Origin: Dehalococcoidia bacterium
GTDB lineage: Bacteria > Chloroflexota > Dehalococcoidia > UBA2979
Length of the DNA stretch: 64,000 nucleotides
Direction: 5' to 3'
Assembly: GCA_050248355.1 (NCBI GenBank)
Contig: JBFWSN010000004.1
Location: 196,569-260,568, forward strand
Part shown: piece after piece, positions 18,431 through 27,914 of the stretch
How positions within the stretch are numbered: the first letter of the stretch is position 1
Layout of the letters: each line of letters starts with the position of its first letter
The notes under the pieces: model-generated
Databases searched by the model: none
What the model saw: the letters and a program-made list of their open reading frames with translations, nothing else
What the model was told of the DNA's origin: nothing
Program-made: the position numbers and the translations under genes

Positions 18431-18698
18431 GCGGCTGCTTCCCCTCGCGGTGGCGTGCGCGGCGCTGGTGGGATCGATGGTGTGGCGCGCGGGTAACCGT
18501 CCGCTTAGCGAGCGGGGAATGTCTCGTTAACGTATCCGCGACGGGCGGTGCGCCTCGGCGTGCGGCGGCTGCTCCCGCGGCTGCCGCTGCGCCGGCCCAT
18601 CTGCCCGATGCGTTGCAAGGCGGTGGCAACCCAGACGCGACGTCGCGCGAGGCGTTGCCGATGCGTCGGGGCAGAAGAGCAGGGGCACGCGGATCCTC

Positions 18699-19125
18699 GT
18701 GGCGATTGTGGCGATTGCCCTCGACGACGCAACCTCGGAGCGCGCCTTACCCGTGGTGGAGCGGATGGCGGCGGAGTCGGGCGGTGGCGAGCTCGTGCTT
18801 GTGGCAGTGGGCGAGCGAGCGGCGGAGACCTCGCGGCATCGGGAGGCGGCCGCTGAGCAGATGGGACAGCGGTTGTCCGCGCTGGCGTTACGAGTGCAGA
18901 CGGTGCCGGTGCGGACGCATGTCGCGCTGGACGGGGATCCGGCGCGCGGCATTGTGGAGGCGGCCGGCGAGGAGCAGGTGGACCGCATCGTGATGGCGCG
19001 GGAGCAGCATGGGCGATGGGAGACGCTCCTCGGGGCAGTCGAGCCTGTCTCGGAGGATGTGGCGGCGGCCGTCTCCGCCGGTGTACGTGGTGGACGAGCA
19101 GGGGACGGTCAGCGCGGCAGACTGA
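18699..19125 (+). pseudogene. Universal stress protein, frameshifted near the 3' end
   Basis: (RILVA)IVAIALDD...GDPARGIVEAA....DRIVM. The expected PVYVV end lies in another frame from ~19078, stop at 19125. Confidence 0.65.
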
Positions 19126-19350
19126 TGGCGCCGCCCGCCATGTATGAGTTGCCGGCCGAGAGCGGGCTTCGATGTGATCAGGAGCGTCGGTTGGCGGGCG
19201 GAGCGCTGCCTCGGCAGGCGGGACGGGGCCAGGCCGTCTTCGGGGCTGTCCGGGGGAAGCTGGTCTCGGGCCGGCGAGCCACGTTGCCGGTTGCCGTTGG
19301 ATGGGCTAGGTTTCCGCCGAGCCAGTGCCCAAGGAACACCGAGGTGAAGC

Positions 19351-19839
19351 GTGACAGAGACAGAGCGACAGGCCTTCCTCGTGCGTCCGGGCGATGGGCC
19401 GTCCGTATGGTCGCTCGGCGGGCGGTTCACGACGAAGCTCGGCAAGGCGGCCGCTGAGGGCCGCTTCGCGGTGGTCGAAGCGCTTGCGCTCCAGAGCACC
19501 GAACCACCGCTTCACATCCATCACAACGAGGACGAGGCGTGGTATGTGCTGGACGGGCAGATGACGTTCTATGTCGGCGACGAGGTGCTGGAGGCCTCCA
19601 CAGGGTCGTTCGTGTTCGCGCCGCGCGGGCTGCCGCATACCTTCACCGTCGATATCGAGCCGACGCGCGTGCTGGTCTTCGCGAGCCCCGCGGGGTTTGA
19701 GCAGTTCGCCGAGGAGCTGGGTGAGCCGGCAGATGGGGACGTGGCCCCAGCGGACCTCGCCATGCCCGGACCGGAGGTGCTGGGGCCGGTCGCGCACCGG
19801 TACGGCATCGAGGTGGTCGGGCCACCGAAGCGGCACTAG
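19351..19839 (+). CDS. Cupin (quercetin 2,3-dioxygenase-like)
   Basis: PPLHIHHNEDEAWYVLDG...GSFVFAPRGLPHTF. Confidence 0.9.
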   Translation: MTETERQAFLVRPGDGPSVWSLGGRFTTKLGKAAAEGRFAVVEALALQSTEPPLHIHHNEDEAWYVLDGQMTFYVGDEVLEASTGSFVFAPRGLPHTFTVDIEPTRVLVFASPAGFEQFAEELGEPADGDVAPADLAMPGPEVLGPVAHRYGIEVVGPPKRH

Positions 19840-19879
19840 GCGGGGCGGGCGACGGGGGGCGGGGACTCGGACTGCCACG

Positions 19880-20356
19880 CTACCGCGTCGTGCGGACGTG
19901 GGGGAGGAACCTCGGTGTGCGGCGGGCGTATTCCGCGTAGTCGGGGAAGTGCCTCGAAAGCTGGCGCTCCTCGTACGGGGCTTTGAGGGCGAGGAGCGTC
20001 AGGAGCGCGCCAACGATGGCTGCGGCTCGGACCGTGCCGGCGACGACTGCCGTGCCTGCGGCCCACAGCAGCAGGCCGGCATAGATGGGGTGCCGCACGT
20101 GGCGGTAGAGGCCGTCCGTACGGAGCTCGGCTGCTGCGCCCGGCGCGGGGTGGGGGTGGAGGGAACGTCCGAGCTGGACGCCCGCGACGGCCATGAGTCC
20201 CACCCCGCTCGCGGCGAGGAGACCGCCGGCGCACCGGCGGAGCGGACTGGCACGCCACACGCCGCGTAGCTCGGCCAGCAGTGTGGCGGCGAGGGCGAGC
20301 TGTACGACGACGAGGAGCCAGCCGAGCGCTGAGCGATGTGTGTCGGGACTGGTCAA
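19880..20356 (-). CDS. Isoprenylcysteine carboxyl methyltransferase/PEMT family membrane protein
   Basis: LRTDGLYRHVRHPIY...EERQL...Y.EY.RRTPRFLP. Confidence 0.85.
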   Translation of the reverse strand: MTSPDTHRSALGWLLVVVQLALAATLLAELRGVWRASPLRRCAGGLLAASGVGLMAVAGVQLGRSLHPHPAPGAAAELRTDGLYRHVRHPIYAGLLLWAAGTAVVAGTVRAAAIVGALLTLLALKAPYEERQLSRHFPDYAEYARRTPRFLPHVRTTR

Positions 20357-20411
20357 TCGCCGGTTCCCCTCAATCAGCCAGAGATCGATCCGACCCCGCG
20401 AGGCAGCGCGC

Positions 20412-21323
20412 CTACGTCGAAGCGAGTTCCCTGAGCGCCAGGTGCTGGCGCAGGAATGCGCCGGCACGGTCGATCGCCTCCTGACCTTCGGGGATCACGG
20501 GGGCGTAGCTCTGGAAGACGTGGATCATGTCGGGCCAGACCTCGAGCGTGACATCGACGCCGGCCTCGCGCGCGCGGCCGGCGAGCGTGGTCGAGTCGTC
20601 GAGGAAGGCCTCGGCCTCGCCGACCTGGACCATGAGCGGAGGGAGTCCGGTGAGGTCCGCATAGACAGGCGAGGCGAGCGGGTGGCGGGGGTCGGCGCCG
20701 CCGAGGTAGGCGGCGGCCATCGTGTGGAGGTTGCCGGCGCCGAAGCGGACGTACGATTCGCCTGAGGCGAGCATGTCGGCCCATGGGGACATCAGCAGGC
20801 CGGCGCGAGGCAGCGGCAGACCGCGGTCGCGCACGTTGACCAGCGTGGCAAGGGCGAGCCCCCCGCCGGCGGAGTCGCCAGCGACGGCCAGCGCGGCGGC
20901 CGGTGATTCCTCGTCAGGACCGTGAGCGCGCATCCAGGCCAGGGCGTGGAACGCGTCGTCGACGGCGGCGGGGAACGGGGTTTCGGGAGCGAGGCGGTAG
21001 TCGAGGAGGAGGACGGCGGCACTGGACGCGTGGGACAACCGGCCGGCCAGTTCGCGGTGGGTCGTCGGCGAACCCATGACGTAGCCTCCCCCATGGAGGA
21101 AGAGGAGGCGGTGGGCGGTGTCGGCATCCGGCGCGCAGATCCACTCGCCTCGGACCCCGTCGACCTCGACGGGCTGCACCTGGGCGGTGCCGCTGAGCGG
21201 GAAGGAGCGGGACTCCATCGCCGCACGCATGGCGGCGAAGTCCGGGGGGTCCGCCAGCGGTGGGGCGGCGGCCTGGACTGCCTGGAGGCGTTCGAGCAGT
21301 TGCTTGAATTCGTCGGACGGCAT
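20412..21323 (-). CDS. Alpha/beta hydrolase (HSL/Aes family esterase)
   Basis: HGGGY, DYRLAPE, GDSAGG, terminal MIHVF. Confidence 0.93.
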   Translation of the reverse strand: MPSDEFKQLLERLQAVQAAAPPLADPPDFAAMRAAMESRSFPLSGTAQVQPVEVDGVRGEWICAPDADTAHRLLFLHGGGYVMGSPTTHRELAGRLSHASSAAVLLLDYRLAPETPFPAAVDDAFHALAWMRAHGPDEESPAAALAVAGDSAGGGLALATLVNVRDRGLPLPRAGLLMSPWADMLASGESYVRFGAGNLHTMAAAYLGGADPRHPLASPVYADLTGLPPLMVQVGEAEAFLDDSTTLAGRAREAGVDVTLEVWPDMIHVFQSYAPVIPEGQEAIDRAGAFLRQHLALRELAST

Positions 21324-21593
21324 GCGGTGCTCCTCTGGTGCTGAGGGGGATGTTGTACCTCCGACGGTGGCGTTTTCAAGGGCCGTCGTGGGGCGTTGGT
21401 TGTCGAGGCGCGGCCGGGCAGCATCGGTCGCGTACGACGTGTCCTCGGTACGCGCACCGCGGGGGCGCGTCGGCGGCCTTTCGGGGGTTCAGCGGGGCCT
21501 CGTCTCCGTACGGACGTTGATGCGGCGCGGGCTCAGGCGGGGCCAGGCAGGTATTTAACGGCGCGCTCACACTGGCGCGACACGATCGGGCTC

Positions 21594-22172
21594 ATGTTGC
21601 GGATCGGGCTGGACTTCGACGGCGTGGTGCACGACGTGACGGGCGTGAAGCAACGCTACGCGCGCGACGCGCACGGGCTCGACCTCGGGCGCGCGGACGT
21701 GTGGCCTCCGCTTGTGCACGACTATCTGACGGTGGCGGAGCACGCGGAACTCGTGCGTGTGTCGCACCTGACGCCGCTGAGCGGGGAGCGCGAGGCGATG
21801 GCCGGCGCGCTGGAGGCGATTGTCCGGCTCGCGCGCGAGCACGAGCTGTTCATCATCACGGCGCGAACCGACGAGGAGGCCCACCTCGCTCGGGAGTGGC
21901 TGCGCGTGCTGGGGCTTCCGCTCCGCGCGGTGCATCACACGAGCGGCGCGTCGAAGCTGAGTGTGTGCCGAGCCGTCGGCGTGTCGTTGCTGCTCGATGA
22001 CAGCCCGCGCGTGACGCGTGAGGTCTCGCAGCCGGACGTGCAGGCGGTGTTGTTCTCGACGCCGTACAACGATGGCGAGGAGCTGCCGGCGGAGGCGTGT
22101 TCGGTGGCGGACTGGCCGAGCTTCGTTGCGCTGTGTGAGATGGCGGCGGAGCTGGCACCCGCGAGTCGCTGA
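21594..22172 (+). CDS. HAD-family phosphatase (5'(3')-deoxyribonucleotidase-like)
   Basis: IGLDFDGVV, ITAR, K, LLDDS motifs I-IV. Confidence 0.8.
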   Translation: MLRIGLDFDGVVHDVTGVKQRYARDAHGLDLGRADVWPPLVHDYLTVAEHAELVRVSHLTPLSGEREAMAGALEAIVRLAREHELFIITARTDEEAHLAREWLRVLGLPLRAVHHTSGASKLSVCRAVGVSLLLDDSPRVTREVSQPDVQAVLFSTPYNDGEELPAEACSVADWPSFVALCEMAAELAPASR

Positions 22173-22280
22173 GCGCGCCGATCTCGGTGACCCCACCGCA
22201 TTGGCGCGCGGATCGCGGGCGGCAAGGCACGTACGAGATGGATGGGCCTCGGCTCTTCGATGCCCACTCGTGGGGTTACA

Positions 22281-22308
22281 CGGAAGCCCGCCGTGGGGCG
22301 GGCTTCCG
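22281..22308. terminator. Hairpin downstream of ssrA
   Basis: CGGAAGCCCGCC-gtgg-GGCGGGCTTCCG, 7 bp after the CCA end. Confidence 0.7.
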
Positions 22309-22315
22309 GAGAGTC

Positions 22316-22669
22316 TGGTGGAGACGGGGGAGAATTGAACTCCCCGTCCAGTGAACCTTCGTCGAGGATCTACTACGGGTGTAGCCAGCGGTTGATCTCG
22401 CTGCGTGTACTCCACTGGCCAGGGGCCACGCAGCCAGTCTCAGTGGTCTTAGCCGCCTGGGCCTGAGGCGCACCTCGGCGGAGCGGCCCGGCTTGTCGTC
22501 GCTTCCATCCAGCCCACCGGGCTGAGGCTGGCGGAAACGTCACTGCTTAGTTAGGCAGCGAGGGCGAGTTTGCGTTCGCCAGTTACTGTTTGCCACCTGA
22601 TTAGCGAGGGTGATGGCACCTCGACCCGCAATCCGCGTCCGTCAGCCCCTGTCGAGTCCTTTCGTCCCC
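22316..22669 (-). ncRNA. ssrA: tmRNA; tag (A)GERKLALAA at 22580-22551
   Basis: 5' GGGGACGAAAGGACTCGAC, 3' GGAGTTCAATTCTCCCCCGTCTCCACCA, G3-U pair, resume context TAACT-GGC; adjacent to smpB. Confidence 0.96.
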
Positions 22670-22694
22670 AGGTTGGTGTTGCCTCGAGCGCTGC

Positions 22695-23165
22695 TCACCG
22701 CTGTGCGTGGCGCAACGCGCGCTGCATCGAGCGCTCCGACTCGCGTTTGGCAATGGCCTGGCGCTTGTCGTAGCTCTTTCGCCCTCGGACCAGGCCGAGT
22801 TCCGCCTTGGCGAGGCCTTCGTGCAGGTACAGTCTGAGCGGGACGATGGTCGTCCGCGGCTGTTCCCGCAGTTCCTGCTCCAACCGGTCGAGTTCACGTC
22901 GATGGAGGAGCAGACGCCGAGGCCTCAGTGGCTCGTGGTTCTCGCGTGCCGGGAGGTACGGGGCGATGTGCACATTATACAGCCACAGCTCACCGTCCCG
23001 AAACCGGGCGTAACCTTCCGCGATGTTCGCCTTGCCCTCGCGGATGGACTTGATCTCGGAGCCGACGAGGGAGATGCCGGCCTCGAGTTCGTCGAGGACG
23101 TCGTACTCGTAGCGGGCGCGCCGGTTCGCGGCGACGGTGGTGCCTCGAGGCTCTCGCTTTGGCAC
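22695..23165 (-). CDS. smpB: SsrA-binding protein
   Basis: NRRARYEY, EAGISLVGSEIKSIR, RLLLHRRE, GRKSYDKR. Confidence 0.97.
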   Translation of the reverse strand: MPKREPRGTTVAANRRARYEYDVLDELEAGISLVGSEIKSIREGKANIAEGYARFRDGELWLYNVHIAPYLPARENHEPLRPRRLLLHRRELDRLEQELREQPRTTIVPLRLYLHEGLAKAELGLVRGRKSYDKRQAIAKRESERSMQRALRHAQR

Positions 23166-23210
23166 GGATCCCTTTCGGGGGAGGGCGGGGGCCCTCCCGT
23201 TTACATCATG

Positions 23211-24473
23211 CTAGCGGGCCGTCTGGGCCGGCGTGCCGCCGCGCAGGGTGTCGATGGCACGGTAGATGGCGACGTCGCGCTGCTCCTCGATGTCCTCAGG
23301 GGTGAGCGTGACGAGGACATCCGGTTCGACGCCCGCGCCCTCGATCTGATTGCCGTCCGGGGTGAGCCAGCGGGCGATGGAGACGTAGACGGCTCCTCCG
23401 TTGTCGAGCTCGCGGACGTGGTTCACGGTGCCTTTGCCGAACGAGCGGGAGCCGACGACGGTGGCACGGCCGTTCTCCTGCAGGGCGGCGGCGAGGACCT
23501 CGGAGCCTGAGGCGGAGAACTCGTCCTGGACGATGACGATGGGGAGGTTGGTCAGGGTCCCGGGCCGCGCATCGAAGCGCTGCTCGGTGCCGTCGCGGTC
23601 GACCTGGGTGAGCATCGCCCCGCGGTCGAGGAACATATCGGCGATCTGCAGGGTCTCGTTGAGGAGGCCGCCGGGGTTACCTCGGACGTCAATGAGGAGG
23701 CCCTTCACGTTGCGGCTCAGGGCGCTGTTGATCTCGTTCTGCAGCTCGGCCGGGGTGCGGGAGGTGAAGGAGCTGATGCGGATGTAGGCGTAGTCGGTCA
23801 CCTCGGCGCCGGAGGCGTCGCGCAGGGTACCGCCGGGCGGGATGGTGTCGACGGAAGCGACGAGGACGTCGTCGCGGACGAGGGCGTAGGTCTGGACGGA
23901 TCCGTCCTGGTGCTGCAGCTTCAGCTCGACGGTGGAGCCTCGGGGACCGCGGATCTTGAGGACGGCCTTCTCGACGCTCCAGCCGGTGGCGTCCTCGCCG
24001 TCCACAGCGAGGAGCCGATCGCCGCCCTGGATGCCGGCGCGGTCGGCGGGCGTGTCGGGGAGGGGTCGGACGATCACGACATAATCGCCTTCCTTGGCGA
24101 CAGTGGCGCCGATGCCCTGAAAGGCGCCTGAGAAGTCGTCCTTGGAGAGGGCGTAGGTCCTGGGGTCGATGTAGGTGGAGTGGGGATCGTTGAGCTGAGT
24201 GAAGATGCCCTGGATGGCGCCCTGGTAGAGGAGTTCGGGGTCGATACGAGAGGGGTCGACGAAGTCGTCCTCGAGGATGGAGATGATCTCGTCAAGGATG
24301 TCGGAGTTGACCTCGCCGGGCTCGAGGGCCTGGCCGGCGGTGGTAGCCGGGGTGGCATCCTCGTGGTCAGGCTCGACGACGACGCGCGTCAGGAAGCCGA
24401 CCGCGAAGAGCATGGTCGCGATGAGGACGGAGATGACCGCCAGCATGACGTTACGTACGCCGTTCTGGCCCAT
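23211..24473 (-). CDS. ctpA: Carboxyl-terminal processing protease (S41, PDZ)
   Basis: N-terminal TM, DPHSTY, GIGA PDZ, DVRGNPGG, SASGSE, SFGKG. Confidence 0.93.
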   Translation of the reverse strand: MGQNGVRNVMLAVISVLIATMLFAVGFLTRVVVEPDHEDATPATTAGQALEPGEVNSDILDEIISILEDDFVDPSRIDPELLYQGAIQGIFTQLNDPHSTYIDPRTYALSKDDFSGAFQGIGATVAKEGDYVVIVRPLPDTPADRAGIQGGDRLLAVDGEDATGWSVEKAVLKIRGPRGSTVELKLQHQDGSVQTYALVRDDVLVASVDTIPPGGTLRDASGAEVTDYAYIRISSFTSRTPAELQNEINSALSRNVKGLLIDVRGNPGGLLNETLQIADMFLDRGAMLTQVDRDGTEQRFDARPGTLTNLPIVIVQDEFSASGSEVLAAALQENGRATVVGSRSFGKGTVNHVRELDNGGAVYVSIARWLTPDGNQIEGAGVEPDVLVTLTPEDIEEQRDVAIYRAIDTLRGGTPAQTAR

Positions 24474-24853
24474 ACGGGTGCTCCTTTGGTCGGCGGGGCC
24501 GAGCGTGGGGTGCGGCCTCTTGAGTCTAGCACTCCTTTCCCGTGGGGCAGCGGGCGCTGGGGCCCCACGATATTGCGCCCTATCTCTGTTATGTATGACT
24601 CACGGAGAAGGCCACCGAAAAGGCATGTCAGGGACGCCCGGTCGCGGGTTCTGGTCCGCAGCCAGATGTCGACGCTGCGGTCGTCGATCGCCGGCCGCGC
24701 GTCCTATGCGACGCGATTCCTCCGCGAGGTGGTGGAGGCGTCCGGGGCTGCGCCCGTCTCGAGCCATCTCGTCGCCTCGGCGCTTCCGCGGCGGCGCCTG
24801 CGGAACGGCCAGCCGGACTCGCCCTCCCCTGCCGCGATGCTTGTGCTTGGGTC

Positions 24854-24904
24854 TTGACCAAGTACCCCATAGGGGTATAATCACGGCATACCTATACCGG
24901 GTAT
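24854..24904 (+). promoter_or_regulatory. Promoter TTGACC-N16-TATAAT overlapped by CsoR/RcnR-type operators
   Basis: TACCCC-ATA-GGGGTA (24863-24877) and ATACC-TATACCG-GGTAT (24888-24904). Confidence 0.65.
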
Positions 24905-24932
24905 CCGGTGGGTACGGACAGGAGGAATCACG

Positions 24933-25151
24933 ATGTGGACGTTGCGAGGCGAATTGCGGTGCCTCGCCTGTGGGCGCTACCTGGGGGACTTCGAGTCGCA
25001 CCCCGAGCGACACGGCAAGGATGACCTGCATGTAGTGGAGCCGGCGTTCGGGGCGCTGCGCGACCACGCGGTGAAGACGACCCACGGCCTGCAGTGCTCG
25101 CACTGCGGCGGACGCGTGCTGACGGAGCTTCACGAGCGGATCGCGGCGTAA
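24933..25151 (+). CDS. Small zinc-ribbon/His-rich protein
   Basis: AGGAGG RBS; CLACG...HPERHGKDDLH...CSHCGG. Confidence 0.85.
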   Translation: MWTLRGELRCLACGRYLGDFESHPERHGKDDLHVVEPAFGALRDHAVKTTHGLQCSHCGGRVLTELHERIAA

Positions 25152-25227
25152 CGCCGCCCCGCCTGGCCATGCCTGCGACGCCGGCGCATACGCGCCGGCG
25201 TTTACTTTGTCCTCCTGAAACGGGGCC

Positions 25228-25701
25228 CTAGGAACTGGACCGCAGCGCGTTGAGGACGGCTTCGCCATGGCCTTCGGCGCGGGCCCGCTTCCATACCTTC
25301 TGGAGGGCACCATCGGGGCCGATGATGAAGGTCGAGCGGGTCATGCCCACCGAGCGCCGGCCGTACAGCACCTTGTCGCCCCAGGCGCCATAGGCGGATG
25401 AAACCTCGGCGCCATCGTCGACGAGGAGGGGGAATGGCAGCTCGTACTTCGTCCGAAAGCGCCGGTGTGACTCGGCGGAGTCCGCGGAGACGCCGAGGAT
25501 GACGGCGCCGGCAGCGCGGATGGCGAGCTCGTTGTCACGGAAGGAGCACGCTTCTTTCGTGCAACCTGGCGTGTCGTCCTTCGGGTAGAAGTAGAGGACC
25601 ACGGTCCGGCCTCGATAGTCCACGAGGCGGTGGCGCGTCCCGTCCTGGTCGGGGAGGTCGAAGTCGGGGGCGAGGTCGCCGGCGTCGAGGGTGACGGGCA
25701 T
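25228..25701 (-). CDS. bcp: Peroxiredoxin Bcp
   Basis: YFYPKDDTPGCTKEAC. Confidence 0.95.
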   Translation of the reverse strand: MPVTLDAGDLAPDFDLPDQDGTRHRLVDYRGRTVVLYFYPKDDTPGCTKEACSFRDNELAIRAAGAVILGVSADSAESHRRFRTKYELPFPLLVDDGAEVSSAYGAWGDKVLYGRRSVGMTRSTFIIGPDGALQKVWKRARAEGHGEAVLNALRSSS

Positions 25702-25705
25702 GGGG

Positions 25706-25942
25706 CTACTCGTTCGGGAAGGCGACGAGCGAGGTCGTCGATTGGATGCCGTCCACGGTGCGGATGCGGTCGGAGAGGATGGGCGGGATGTCTGTGAGGG
25801 TGTCCGTGACAAGCTCGACGACGATGTCGTAGGGCCCCATGACCTCGTGCACGGACTGGATGCCGGGGACGTCGCGCAGGCGGTCGAGGACGGTGCGGGT
25901 CGAGCCGGGGTTGGTGACGATGAGAACGTAGGCCTTGACCAT
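25706..25942 (-). CDS. Lrp/AsnC ligand-binding domain protein (no HTH)
   Basis: VHEVMGPYDIVV...IRTVDGIQSTTS. Confidence 0.85.
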   Translation of the reverse strand: MVKAYVLIVTNPGSTRTVLDRLRDVPGIQSVHEVMGPYDIVVELVTDTLTDIPPILSDRIRTVDGIQSTTSLVAFPNE

Positions 25943-26201
25943 GATTTTGCCCTCCGCGGGGTCTCTTTTGCGCCAACGGGGCGGTGTTATGATAGCCGCG
26001 CAATCGGCTTCGGGCATGTTGAACGTAATCTGTCGGGAGTCGGATACTTGCGGAGTTTGGGGGGAGCCTCGCGGCTCCGCGGCAGGTAACGGATGGTCAG
26101 CCGTGCCGGCGGCCGAGAGGCTGTACGGTTCGTGCTGGCCACGCGTGCGATAGCCGGTCCCGAGGCGCGTTTCGGGTAAACAGGTAAGGTCAGAGCGATC
26201 C

Positions 26202-27914
26202 ATGGGTACAGACCTCGTAGTCCGTTTCGCCGGTGAAGGTGGGCAGGGACAGGTAACCGCGGCGGAGGGCCTCGCGCAGGCGGCGGCACGTGTGGGCTAT
26301 CACGTGCAGACGTTCGCGACGTACCCCTCGCAGATCGAAGGCGGCCCTGTATGGGCGCAGACGCGGGTGTCTACCAACAAGATCCTGACGCAGGGCGACC
26401 AGCTGGACGTCCTCGTGGCGTTGAACCGGCAGGCGTACGAGACGCACATCAGCGACCTGCGTGACGGCGGGGTGCTGATCTACAACTCGCGCGACTTCGA
26501 CACGGAGCCTCCCGGCAACGTCATCGGCCTGGACGCCGAGGCGCTGGCGCGTGAGACAGGCAACCCGCGCGCGGCGAACATCATCATGATCGGGGCGGTG
26601 GCGGAACTGGCCTCGATGCGGGCGGACTACTTCGTCGACTGGATCAAAGAGCGGTTTACGCGAGGGCGGCCGAACGACGCCGAGATCATCGGCGGCAACG
26701 TGAAGGCGCTCGAGGTGGGGATCCAGGCGGCGCAGTCGAGCGGGTACTCGGTCGAGGCGCTGGACGAGGCGACTCCGAGCGAGCGGCAGCGCATCCTGGT
26801 CAACGGGAACAGCTTCCTGGCGCTGGGCGCGCTGGCGGCCGGCCTCGAAACGTTCTACGGCTACCCGATCTCTCCCGCTACGACGATCCTCGTATACATG
26901 GAGAGCAACCTGAACGGGCCGGACAGCTTCGTCGGTCAGGCGAGCTCTGAAATCGAATCGATCGCGGCGATCATCGGCGCGGGGTACGCGGGCCGGAAGG
27001 CGATGACCTCGACGGCCGGCCCCGGGCTGAGCCTGATGGGCGAGGGCCTGGGCCTCGCATGGATGGCCGAGATCCCGTGCGTTGTCGTGGACGTGCAGCG
27101 CGGTGGCCCGGCGACGGGTCTGCCGACGAAGACCGAGCAGTCGGACCTCCTCACGGCGTTGAACCCGGGCCATGGCGACATGCGTATCCCGGTGATCGCG
27201 CCCGGCTCGGTCGCCGAGTGCTTCCAGGCCGGCGTCGATGCCCTGAACTGGGCGGAGCGCTACCAGGGCCCCGTGATCCTGCTGACCGAGATGTCGATCG
27301 CCGAGCGGAACGAGGACGTGGACCGGCCGGACCTGAGCCAGGTACAGGCCGAGCGGCGGGTCGTCTCGGACGGCTCGATGGGCAACCGGCGGTACGAAGG
27401 GCGCGAGTTGACGCCGTTCCCGGTGCCAGGGAACCCTGGCGCTTATGTCGCGAACGCGAGCGAGCACGATGAGCAGGGTGACACGACGCACCAGCCCTAC
27501 GTGCACGTGAACATGATGGAGCGGCGGTTCAACAAGCTGAAGCTGCTCGAGGACGGGACGTACGAGGCCGAGCGGACCGAGGCCAGCGTGGCGATCATGC
27601 CCTGGGGCGGCTCGAAGGGGCCGGCGCGGGCGGCGTTCAACCGCCTGGTCGAGGCCGGTGAGGACGTGGCGTGGTACTTCACGATGTACCTGAACCCGCT
27701 GCCGCCGGCGCTGGTCGAGGAACTGAAGAAGAAGGACCTCGTGATCGTCCCGGAGCTGAACTACCTCGGGCAGTTCTCTAGTATCCTGCGATCGATGGGA
27801 ATTAACGCAGTCTCCGTTACGCAATACACCGGCCTGCCCTTCAAGGAGCAGTTCCTGGTTGAGCAAGTCCGGGAGCACCTGCGGAGCACAAGCGGAAGGC
27901 TGGCTGCAGTATGA
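26202..27914 (+). CDS. korA: 2-oxoacid:ferredoxin oxidoreductase alpha subunit (gamma-alpha fusion)
   Basis: GEGGQG, GYPISPAT, SEIESI, TSTAGPG, QRGGPATGLPTKTEQSD, ELNYLGQ. Confidence 0.93.
   Translation: MGTDLVVRFAGEGGQGQVTAAEGLAQAAARVGYHVQTFATYPSQIEGGPVWAQTRVSTNKILTQGDQLDVLVALNRQAYETHISDLRDGGVLIYNSRDFDTEPPGNVIGLDAEALARETGNPRAANIIMIGAVAELASMRADYFVDWIKERFTRGRPNDAEIIGGNVKALEVGIQAAQSSGYSVEALDEATPSERQRILVNGNSFLALGALAAGLETFYGYPISPATTILVYMESNLNGPDSFVGQASSEIESIAAIIGAGYAGRKAMTSTAGPGLSLMGEGLGLAWMAEIPCVVVDVQRGGPATGLPTKTEQSDLLTALNPGHGDMRIPVIAPGSVAECFQAGVDALNWAERYQGPVILLTEMSIAERNEDVDRPDLSQVQAERRVVSDGSMGNRRYEGRELTPFPVPGNPGAYVANASEHDEQGDTTHQPYVHVNMMERRFNKLKLLEDGTYEAERTEASVAIMPWGGSKGPARAAFNRLVEAGEDVAWYFTMYLNPLPPALVEELKKKDLVIVPELNYLGQFSSILRSMGINAVSVTQYTGLPFKEQFLVEQVREHLRSTSGRLAAV

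Noticed and set aside
22173-22316. Genomic island integrated at the ssrA 3' end
   Set aside because: No integrase follows, and I found no duplicated ssrA 3' fragment in the window.
24526-24552. CIRCE element (TAGCACTC)
   Set aside because: Only one half-site; better explained as an extended -10 (TGcTAGACT) for ctpA.
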